Below the pieces are notes generated by a model. That model saw only the letters and a list, made by a program, of their open reading frames with translations. It was not told where the DNA came from and ran no database searches. A program made the translations under genes and the position numbers. Below, in pieces: positions 53,191 through 61,765 of a stretch of DNA of 64,000 nt; positions within the stretch are counted from its first letter, which is position 1, and each line of letters begins with the position of its first letter. The stretch is from Cyanophyceae cyanobacterium (GTDB lineage: Bacteria; Cyanobacteriota; Cyanobacteriia; Cyanobacteriales; Laspinemataceae). The stretch covers positions 96,001 to 160,000 of the forward strand of contig JBBQFN010000007.1 in NCBI GenBank assembly GCA_038321985.1. The letters run 5' to 3'.

Positions 53191-53397
53191 CTAGGTAACC
53201 GCCAATCCCAACATCCCTCGCAAGGTTAAACCGACAAAAATTAGGGCAGTAACAAGCAAGCTCACTAAGGCGATCGCCGTGACGGGTTTTTGCAACAGCG
53301 GCTTAAGCCCACCGAAGAGGGCAAAGAAGATGCCTAGAATGATCGTGACAAAGTAGCGCGGGTAGCGAAGGATATTATTCCAAAAATCATCAAACAT
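53191..53397 (-). CDS. DUF751 family membrane protein
   Basis: FW.N..RYPRYF.T..LG...L.PL...P.TA...TLR.MLG; usual upstream neighbour of rbfA. Confidence 0.88.
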   Translation of the reverse strand: MFDDFWNNILRYPRYFVTIILGIFFALFGGLKPLLQKPVTAIALVSLLVTALIFVGLTLRGMLGLAVT

Positions 53398-53810
53398 AAC
53401 GATTCAGATTCTGACAGGAGCGGCTAAGTCTGTTTGCATTGTACCCCGTAGCATTGTTCTACGAGTTGCACGAGTAGGGCAAACTTCAGGGAGTTCGGTT
53501 GAAATCTTGGCGAGTCCCCGATAGGCACCCGACATTACACCGGCGATCGCTGGGCTGGTATTGAGCTCACCCCCACGATAATCGCGGGTGTCTTAAGGGA
53601 AAGAATACAGGCTCCACCGGACCCGGCCCCTGACCCCAACAAACGGGACAGCTTGGGCATAGGGTGATTTAAGGTAGGGGTTTGCCTAAAAATAATGGGT
53701 GCTATTGTGACTCCCGGGGATAGGGCACAGCGATGTCATTCCCTCGATTGAGCCTTGATTTTTTGAGGTGAAGTTCTCTTAGATGAAATTCTGCTGTAGA
53801 ATGCCGAAAA

Positions 53811-54170
53811 CTATATCATATTTTGGTGGAAATCAATCATTAACATTTTTCCGGTGGCATCATAAAATAAGGTAGCAAAACATAATTCGGGATAAATTCT
53901 TCCGCGCTTTTGTTTTTGAATACCGCCCATTGCCACTTGTACCCGATAACCTGTTCCAAAATTAATATCAAAATATTCATTAAAAAAGGCTTTCGTGACA
54001 ATATCAATTTGAACCCCTTGAGGGATATCAATACTTATATCTTCATCTTCTAGTTGAACTTTTTTCTGGCCCGACGCCCGGTATTTTTGTAACATATGAT
54101 TGACATCTTCAAAGATTTGGGAGTCGGGTAAAATGCGATCAATAGCTTGGATAACATCCTGAGAATCCAT
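53811..54170 (-). CDS. Hypothetical protein
   Basis: ATG with AGGAGG RBS; 119 aa, AT-rich; no recognised motif. Confidence 0.6.
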   Translation of the reverse strand: MDSQDVIQAIDRILPDSQIFEDVNHMLQKYRASGQKKVQLEDEDISIDIPQGVQIDIVTKAFFNEYFDINFGTGYRVQVAMGGIQKQKRGRIYPELCFATLFYDATGKMLMIDFHQNMI

Positions 54171-54798
54171 CTGGGCAACCTCCTGGAAAATACATTACCG
54201 TAATCAAGGACTCAGTTGAAGCAGCGATCGCACTCTCCCGAGAAAGGATGGATCTATCTGACTCATTCAACCCGGGGCACTGCCATATAATTGCAGTAAA
54301 CGGATCTATTTTAGACCTAAAGGACTCAGGGTTTTGATGCAAATTGAGCCAATGGGAAGGAGAAGTCTTACCTTGAGAGGGTCATTGCGGGGGAAGGAAT
54401 GGGGACGCCCCTCCATTATGCCAAAATCGGTTTAAAAGCGCCGTATCAATCATTACTCCCTGCTGTCTGGGAGGCGATCGCCGGCAGAATTTAGCTCGCT
54501 GTCGTGGTATGTTAGGGATTCATGAACGATAGGATTCGGGTTGAGTTTAAAAATAGCCCCGAGTTGGCACCAAATTGCCCACTTGTAAAAGGGGTTGGGG
54601 TCGTGTTGGAAAGGGCGAGAGGCGCAGTCAAGGGCGAGTGTTTTCTCCGGTGCGATCGCCGAAATGAGATCAACTCCATTTCCCTTATCCCTATTTCAAT
54701 CAAACAATATCCCTGAAAACCCTTAAGTTCCCTAATTGAATTCGGTTTACCGAAAAGGGATACCGTTGCTACAAAATTATGATAAATTTTTAGGATAG

Positions 54799-55641
54799 AT
54801 GAGCGATCGCACAGCATTAACCGTTTCACCCCGTCCCTTTCTGAAATGGGCGGGGGGCAAAACCCAACTCATTCAACAGTATCGACCCCTATTTCCTACG
54901 GATTTTGAGAATTATTACGAGCCATTTTTAGGAGGAGGTGCGGTCTTTTTTTATTTATTTGATCAACCTAGATCACCCCTTCAGGCTGTTCTATCCGATG
55001 TCAATGAAGAACTTATTAATATGTATCGCTGCGTTCGCGATGACGTAGAAAATTTAATTAAAGAACTAGAAAATCATCAGACTCAACATGATTCCGAGTA
55101 TTATTATAAAATAAGAGCGCAGAAAAACACAAAGCCCTTAAAAAAAGCGGCTCGAATTATTTATTTAAACAAAACTTGTTTTAATGGGTTATACCGAGAA
55201 AATTCCAAAGGAGAATTTAACGTACCCATTGGCCGATATAAAAATCCTAATATTTGCAATTCGGATTTATTGCGAATAGATTCTCGGGCTTTGCAATCAG
55301 TTAAGTTAGAAGTTCGGGATTTTGAAAAAATTCTGGATGAGGCGAAAAGTAACCAAGATTTTGTTTATTTTGACCCGCCCTATTATCCGTTGAGCAATAC
55401 TAGCCAATTTACAGCTTACAGTCGCCACAATTTTAATGAAGAGGACCAAATCCGGTTAAGAGATATCTTTGTAGAACTCGCGAATCGAGGAGTGAAAGTG
55501 ATGTTATCTAATTCCGATTGTCAGTTTATAAGGGACCTTTATCAACCCTTTCAAATTCATCAAGTTTTAGCCACGCGATCGATTAATTCTAAAGGAACCC
55601 ATCGAGGTAAAATTTCGGAGGTTGTTGTAACTTCATATTAG
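54799..55641 (+). CDS. Dam-family DNA adenine methyltransferase (probably GATC), orphan
   Basis: FLKWAGGK, EPFLGGGAV, YLNKTCFNGLYR.N.KG.FNVP.G, DPPY, SNS, RSINS. Confidence 0.92.
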   Translation: MSDRTALTVSPRPFLKWAGGKTQLIQQYRPLFPTDFENYYEPFLGGGAVFFYLFDQPRSPLQAVLSDVNEELINMYRCVRDDVENLIKELENHQTQHDSEYYYKIRAQKNTKPLKKAARIIYLNKTCFNGLYRENSKGEFNVPIGRYKNPNICNSDLLRIDSRALQSVKLEVRDFEKILDEAKSNQDFVYFDPPYYPLSNTSQFTAYSRHNFNEEDQIRLRDIFVELANRGVKVMLSNSDCQFIRDLYQPFQIHQVLATRSINSKGTHRGKISEVVVTSY

Positions 55642-55838
55642 TTTTATAAAAAAGAAATTTTTAATAAATAGCGGTTTTACTTCGTTTTTTAAAAGCAATT
55701 AATGTAATTTTTAAAGTCTGGTGTTTCGGAAGTTTATAAATTATCTAGTTTTGGGGGGAGTGCGAGCTTCTAGCTTGCTATAGTAACCAGTTAGAAGTTC
55801 GCACGGCTTAATTTTGGAGGCACGATGATTTAGAGGGG

Positions 55839-55893
55839 CGATTAAAGTCGTTACTACTAACTTAAGAGAACGACTAAAGTCGTTACTACTAAC
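55839..55893 (+). repeat. Two 23-bp direct repeats CGA(T/C)TAAAGTCGTTACTACTAAC with palindromic core (REP-like)
   Basis: Copies at 55839-55861 and 55871-55893. Confidence 0.8.
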
Positions 55894-55913
55894 AAGAAGA
55901 TGCTAACCTTATT

Positions 55914-56807
55914 TTATAAGGAGATAGATCCTTGGTCGAAAGTTCTATTATTTTGGTCGATGCCGTTGATAATAAGGCGATCGCGGTAAACTTCAATGGA
56001 GGCAAAACTCAGTTGACTTGCCGATCGCGCGGTCCAAGTTGAGCGCCCTACCCGTCGGGTTTTTGCACCGGCACCACAAGTTAAGTAGGTTGTATTCCCG
56101 ATCGCCTGGGTTCGTTCGTAGTTATGATTATGTCCATTAATATAAAGTGAAACGCCATGCTTTAGGAATAATGGCATCAATTTCCGACGGAGGAAACGAC
56201 TTCCCAAATGTAACCCGGAAGTATAGAGGGGATGATGTCCCATGACGATTTTCCAAGGAGCATCACTCTCCTGGAGTTGCGTTTCTAACCACGGTAACTG
56301 ATTCGGCCAATTCGCATTTTTATTGGTATCGAGAACAAAAAATTGGACGGTATCGCGGCGTAAACTGTAGTAGCGCCCTTGCATATTAAAGCCAGGATAC
56401 TGGACTTGATCCTGGCCGTTATTCGTTTTAATATCGTGATTACCCAAACAAGCATAAAATTTAACCTGGGCATCCAAGAGCGATCGGTAAGGTTGCTCAA
56501 AGACGCGCTCTATTTTTTCAATTTCGCCATGATTGTAGATATTATCTCCGGCGAGCATGATTAAATCGAAAGGATTTTCCTGGTGGTAGCGGGCGATCGC
56601 CCGTCCGACGGCATATTGGCCCTCATTACCCGCACCCGTATCCGCCACGGCGACAAAACGCAGCAGCAAAGTATCTGGGGATGGCGGTATGAAATCCAAC
56701 TCAGTCTCTGACCTCTCTTGTGTTAGCCCCCTGAGAGATTTGCCTAGGATAGCAAAGGTTAGGGTACTGAGTCCAGCCAGTAAAAATTCTCGGCGTTTCA
56801 AGTTCAT
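55914..56807 (-). CDS. Metallophosphoesterase (purple acid phosphatase-like) with Tat signal
   Basis: KRREFLL twin-Arg signal; DTG, GDNIY, GNHD, HHP and GHNHNYER motifs; ATG 56807. Confidence 0.9.
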   Translation of the reverse strand: MNLKRREFLLAGLSTLTFAILGKSLRGLTQERSETELDFIPPSPDTLLLRFVAVADTGAGNEGQYAVGRAIARYHQENPFDLIMLAGDNIYNHGEIEKIERVFEQPYRSLLDAQVKFYACLGNHDIKTNNGQDQVQYPGFNMQGRYYSLRRDTVQFFVLDTNKNANWPNQLPWLETQLQESDAPWKIVMGHHPLYTSGLHLGSRFLRRKLMPLFLKHGVSLYINGHNHNYERTQAIGNTTYLTCGAGAKTRRVGRSTWTARSASQLSFASIEVYRDRLIINGIDQNNRTFDQGSISL

Positions 56808-56923
56808 GGGTGGGTGAATTGGCAAGAACTAGGGGACATTTCAAACAAAATGATAGATTAATCCAAAGATAGCCACCTCTTTAAAGTATTCCCCTGTTGT
56901 CCTAGTCGATCGCCTATAAAAAG

Positions 56924-57838
56924 ATGTCACAAGATCCTCCCATTCCACCTGAGTCAAATCCCCAAACACCGAAACCAGGAGACTCTTCTCAACCCCTGCC
57001 GCTTCCTGTGAAACGTCCGCCCTCTGGATTAAAAGCCGTGGCGATCGCCACTTTGCGCTCTACAATTCAGCTTTTAGAAGGGGTAGTCGAGACCCTGGAA
57101 TCGGAACCACCCCTGTCATCCCCGACGCCCTCGACGGTTAGGATAAAGGGTCTTGGGGTAGAACGGCAGCCGACTATTTTATCCCAGATTCTAGCGCCTA
57201 TTCGCGCGCTGTTGCCGAGTGCCCTCAATCAAACTTTGTCAGATTGGGGATTAAGCGGGGCGATCGCCCTGATTGTCCTGCTGATTACTTGGACGACAAC
57301 CAGTGTCCTCTTTCCCAAACCGGCACAAATGGCGCAACTTCAGCCCCCTACTTCATCGGAAGTGTCGGAAATACCGCCTGCCTACTTCCCGCCGGTTTCC
57401 GAAGCGCCCCCAACGGCACCGGAACTCCCCCCACTCAAAAAAGAGCCGCCTTTAAGTCTCCCTCCGAAAGAGGCCCCCCAGCCGAAAAAAGCGCCCCCAG
57501 TCGTCGAAACTCCTGCCACGCCGTTAACCCCCGAACAAACTTTAATTGCATCTATTCAGAACCAGGTGGCACAAGTCACCCGGGATGCAGATATTCCGAT
57601 CGCCTCGATTCAAGCCAATTTTGGGGCGTCTGAGTTGCGGGTGCGAATTAGCGATGAGTGGTACAATATCACCGCTTCTCGCCAAGATAAGTTAGCCGCA
57701 CAAATTTTTGAGCGGGGGAAAGAATTGGATTTTAGAACGATAGAAATTGCTGATTCCCAAGGCAATTTATTGGCTCGTAGTCCGGTGGTGGGGTCGCGAA
57801 TGATTATTGTCAAACGACAACAAGAAGGAGGGATTTAG
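56924..57838 (+). CDS. Hypothetical Pro-rich membrane protein
   Basis: Central TM helix, Pro-rich linker, C-terminal LTPEQ.LIA.IQ.QV...W.......Q..LA...LARSPVVG domain. Confidence 0.75.
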   Translation: MSQDPPIPPESNPQTPKPGDSSQPLPLPVKRPPSGLKAVAIATLRSTIQLLEGVVETLESEPPLSSPTPSTVRIKGLGVERQPTILSQILAPIRALLPSALNQTLSDWGLSGAIALIVLLITWTTTSVLFPKPAQMAQLQPPTSSEVSEIPPAYFPPVSEAPPTAPELPPLKKEPPLSLPPKEAPQPKKAPPVVETPATPLTPEQTLIASIQNQVAQVTRDADIPIASIQANFGASELRVRISDEWYNITASRQDKLAAQIFERGKELDFRTIEIADSQGNLLARSPVVGSRMIIVKRQQEGGI

Positions 57839-57944
57839 AAGTTAGAGTTTCCTAGGAGATTAAGGATATTTCCTATTATTCAAATCAGCTTTTTTCGGGT
57901 TTTTAGATAGCCCCATCCTTGAGTGGGAGACTATTTTAAACATT

Positions 57945-58670
57945 TTAATCCCTTAAATTCAAGTGTTGATGGTAGGCTTTGACCTTGAGATCAATTCCTG
58001 TAATGTCTGTACCGACAACAACGGCATTCGCGCCCAAATTAAGGGCGCGTTTTGCCATTTCTGGGGAACTGATCCCGCCTTCACAAATCAGGAAACAATC
58101 AATTTGTTGGCGAATTTCGGCGAGGAGATCGAAGCCAGGAGGCGTGGAGTTTTGGGTGGCGTGGGTGTATCCATAGAGGGTGGTGCCAATGATATCGGCC
58201 CCAAAATTGGCAGCGGCGATCGCCGCTTCGAGGGTATCGATATCAGCCATTACAGGTTTTCCCAGTTGGGTGTGAATGGCGGCAATCAGATTAGAGAGAG
58301 TTTCGTCATGGGGACGGTTTCTATCCGTGGCATCGATGGCGATGATATCGGCACCACTGGAGGCGATCGCCTCGGCATGATGAAATTGAGGGGTAATGTA
58401 CACTTCGGACCCGGGGACGGATTGTTTCCATAAGCCGATAATCGGGAGGGATGCACCCAGGCGATCGCGCACTGCTTTGATGTGAGCGGGGGTATCAATA
58501 CGCACCCCTACGGCACCAGAACGAACCGATGCCAGGGCGATCGCAGCAATCATCTGGGGTTCGTACAATGGAGAATCTGGAGGGGCTTGACAGGAGACAA
58601 TTAACCCGCCATCAAGGGGGGCAGTCGGGGCCGTCAAATTCATCAAATTTTGGGACATGGGTTCGCTCAT
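57945..58670 (-). CDS. nanE: N-acetylmannosamine-6-phosphate 2-epimerase
   Basis: LIVSCQA, PIIGLWK, VYITP, IIAIDAT.R.RP, MADI, GTTL.GYT, EGGI, VVGT.IT. Confidence 0.93.
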   Translation of the reverse strand: MSEPMSQNLMNLTAPTAPLDGGLIVSCQAPPDSPLYEPQMIAAIALASVRSGAVGVRIDTPAHIKAVRDRLGASLPIIGLWKQSVPGSEVYITPQFHHAEAIASSGADIIAIDATDRNRPHDETLSNLIAAIHTQLGKPVMADIDTLEAAIAAANFGADIIGTTLYGYTHATQNSTPPGFDLLAEIRQQIDCFLICEGGISSPEMAKRALNLGANAVVVGTDITGIDLKVKAYHQHLNLRD

Positions 58671-58817
58671 TAAACCGTTAATTTAATTAGTTTATAGGTA
58701 CTTTTCTAGGGTAAACTTAACCCTTAGTCAAGGGGGAAAAAGCTGTTATAATTTTACAGTATATTTGGGCATAAAACTGGCCGGAGTTCTATTAATATTT
58801 GGCAGGGATTATCGGTC

Positions 58818-61277
58818 TTATTTACCGGCATTAATTTCCCCTCTTTCCGGTTGATTCACAGAAGAGCAGGCATGAAATAAGGCATTAACTTGATTAATCA
58901 GCCGTTCGGGATCAATGGGTTTAGATAAACAATCATCAGCACCAGCTTCAAAAGCCCGGTCTTTATCTTCCCCAATTCCTAGGGTAATTAAAGCTAAAAT
59001 CTTCAGGGGGGCCTGAATCGGGGATTGTCGTAAAAACTGGATCATTTCCGAGCCGTCCATCCCCAATAAGCGATAACTTACAATTACCGTAGTCGGTTGT
59101 AGTAGCTCAAATTTTTCCAGTGCTGTCGCCCCATCAATCATCCACACCACCTTATAACCAGCGGTGGTTAAAATATCACAAATTAAGGTTGCACTCTCTT
59201 CACAATCCTCAATCAAAATGATTCTGCCTTGGAAAGGTTCAGAACTGAAGGAGGCACTTACTCTGTTTGGGGAATTCGGGGCGGATAATAAACGAACCGC
59301 AGGCAGATGTACGGTAAAAATAGAGCCTACGTCCACCCTAGATTGCACTTCAATCCAGCCTCCGTGGAGTTCTACCAGTTGTTTCGTTAAAGCTAATCCG
59401 AGTCCCGCGCCGCCGTATTGACGACGGTAGGAGGTATCTAATTGTTGAAAGTTGTTGAATAGGAGCGATTGTTGGTCTTCGGGAATCCCTACGCCGGTAT
59501 CTTCTACTTGAAATACTGCATTTTTGCCCTCACTCCAAACCCGCAGGGTGACAATGCCTCCAGCCGGGGTAAATTTAATAGCATTGTTCAATAGATTTAA
59601 GATAATTTGCTGCACGCGCCGTCGATCAGCGGTCCAAAGGTCGGGTTTTTCACTATCTAAGGCGAGAGTTATTTCCAGTTGTAACTCGGCCTCCCTGGCT
59701 TTTTGGGCGACGTTCTGCACACACTGATGGGCCAGTTTAGTCAAGGAAAATTCCGTAATTTTTAAAATGGTTTTGCCTGCTTCTAACTGAGACAAATCCA
59801 AAATGTCATTAATGAGTGTAAGGAGGTGTTCGCCACTGTCATGAATGGTTTTTAAATATTCCTGTTGTTTGGCACTCATTTGTCCCAAGGACCAGCGCAA
59901 CAGGGTAGAAGACATCCCAATCACGCAGGTTAAGGGCGTTCGTAATTCGTGACTCATGGTTGCCAAAAATTCACTTTTGGCGCGATTGGCAGATTCGGCG
60001 GCAACTAGGGCATCGTGGAGGTCATGAGTTCGTTCGATTACTCGTTCTTCTAATGTTTTTTTTTGCTGACTGACTTGGGCGTACAGTTCAGCTTGATGAA
60101 TGGCTAAAGCTAAATGTTCGGCGATATGTTTGAGGAAGTTTTGTTCACTTTCAAGCCAAAAACGGGTTTCAAAACATTGATGAGCTATTAATAATCCCCA
60201 AAGTTTATCTTGAACGATAATCGGAACAATTAATTGAGCTTTAATTTGATAATCCTGCAAGGTTTGTAAATAGCTGGGAGATAAACTATATGCCGTAGTG
60301 ACATCTTCGATCGCTTGAATAAAGCCTTTATAATAGTTGGCCCAAGATTCAGCTCCGCTCAGAAAAAACCCCTTTTCTTCGGGAAGTTGCAGGAGGGATG
60401 GGATGTGGTCAAAAGCTCTAGATTCATAAGTCACATATCCCCCAGTGGGTTGGGAATTTGACGCGGATGGTTTGGGGCAAGAGTCAAAACTATCCAACTC
60501 TAATTTGTCCCCAAGGTGGCGCAGTTCAACAGGGGTATCAAGGGACGATTTCCCCTTGTCTGAGTTGACTTTTATGGAGGGGTTTTGAAGGGTAGATTGA
60601 AAAATGACCAATCGATCTACGAGGAGGAAACGGCGCACCTGTTCAACGGCAGTAGACAAGATGGTAGGCAATTCTAGACTCTGGCGAATCTGTGTTGTGA
60701 CTTGATTTAAGAGCTGCTCTTGTTCGATTTGGTGGTGCAGAGCATTTTCTACAGGTTGACAGATCGAGACCCTGTTATCGGAGGCATAACTAGCATTCTG
60801 GGGGAAATTATCCGAGGTTAGCAAAGCGATCGCCGATAGGGTAAATTCGCTCTGAATTACAGGATTATTCGGTTGTAAAATATTATAAGTCGGTTCGAGT
60901 TCGTGGCGTTCAATAGTGAGGAAAGGCAATTGCCTCAAGGTCGCTAAAAATTTGGCAATCTCTGTGGGTTCAAAGGTTAAACCTACTTCAACCTTTGGCG
61001 ATCGCTCGGCGGTTTCTCCTCCTAAGCTCCGGATGAAATCTTCCGAATCCGGATTCGTCCCCTGAGCAGGCGCGCCCAACAGCAGCACCTTAAACTCCTC
61101 AGACAGGACCAGGGTAAACCATTGCCAAGGGTCACCCGACGGAATTTCTTCCGGACCGAGTATCAATTCGGTCAGTACCACAGACCCTTGGCGTTTCCCC
61201 TGTTGCTGTAAAAACTCGCGCAACTGCTCAAAGATGTGATGGGATAAAGTTCTTTGGGAGACTTCAAAAATCGGCAT
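58818..61277 (-). CDS. cikA: Circadian input kinase CikA (GAF-HisKA-HATPase-pseudo-receiver)
   Basis: CQPVE.AL..QIEQE.LLNQVT.QIRQSL, SHELRTPLTCVIGMS.TLLRW; C-terminal receiver lacks the phospho-Asp (VIVS instead of ..D). Confidence 0.88.
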   Translation of the reverse strand: MPIFEVSQRTLSHHIFEQLREFLQQQGKRQGSVVLTELILGPEEIPSGDPWQWFTLVLSEEFKVLLLGAPAQGTNPDSEDFIRSLGGETAERSPKVEVGLTFEPTEIAKFLATLRQLPFLTIERHELEPTYNILQPNNPVIQSEFTLSAIALLTSDNFPQNASYASDNRVSICQPVENALHHQIEQEQLLNQVTTQIRQSLELPTILSTAVEQVRRFLLVDRLVIFQSTLQNPSIKVNSDKGKSSLDTPVELRHLGDKLELDSFDSCPKPSASNSQPTGGYVTYESRAFDHIPSLLQLPEEKGFFLSGAESWANYYKGFIQAIEDVTTAYSLSPSYLQTLQDYQIKAQLIVPIIVQDKLWGLLIAHQCFETRFWLESEQNFLKHIAEHLALAIHQAELYAQVSQQKKTLEERVIERTHDLHDALVAAESANRAKSEFLATMSHELRTPLTCVIGMSSTLLRWSLGQMSAKQQEYLKTIHDSGEHLLTLINDILDLSQLEAGKTILKITEFSLTKLAHQCVQNVAQKAREAELQLEITLALDSEKPDLWTADRRRVQQIILNLLNNAIKFTPAGGIVTLRVWSEGKNAVFQVEDTGVGIPEDQQSLLFNNFQQLDTSYRRQYGGAGLGLALTKQLVELHGGWIEVQSRVDVGSIFTVHLPAVRLLSAPNSPNRVSASFSSEPFQGRIILIEDCEESATLICDILTTAGYKVVWMIDGATALEKFELLQPTTVIVSYRLLGMDGSEMIQFLRQSPIQAPLKILALITLGIGEDKDRAFEAGADDCLSKPIDPERLINQVNALFHACSSVNQPERGEINAGK

Positions 61278-61765
61278 ATTTTAAGCACCTATTGGCAAAA
61301 GCTAAATGCGATGGATGAATTTTCAGGGGGAATGCTCGTCCGCAACCCTACCCTCAAAAAATCCCGGGTTTCTAGTGTTTTGTAATCCCTCGGTGGAGCT
61401 TGCCTTAAAGCTGCTACACCTGAGATTTTTAGGAAAAATTAAATCAACTCTCGTTAAGGGCTTATTAGCTATGGTAAGATGATTTTAAAAGTTTTGGTCG
61501 AAAATTCAGTCACTGTGGTAGTTTTTATTTTTTTTTATAGGATAATCCTCCCAAAGGGGACTCTTCGACTCCTCATACCTCTGGGGATTTTTTCGGACTC
61601 ATTAACCTAGAGTCATCTCTATCGTAGAAAGATTTGCAGTGGATAGATTATAGATTTATCTGGGTTCTATTGATGAATCCATTTCGGGGTTCGGTGGTTG
61701 GGTCTGCACGGGGGTTTGGTACGATGGACTGTGCCATTGTACTTGGATCGCTTCAGGAGACTCTC

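Noticed and set aside
55839..55893. Possible mini CRISPR array
   Set aside because: Only two 23-bp repeats with a 9-bp spacer and no cas genes; fits a REP-like repeat better.
40628..61277. pex and cikA as a circadian gene cluster
   Set aside because: They are about 18 kb apart with many unrelated genes between; no evidence of linkage.
61278..61765. Cobalamin riboswitch upstream of cobN (also checked before cbiD)
   Set aside because: No B12-box or conserved core recognised by eye; an Infernal scan would be decisive.
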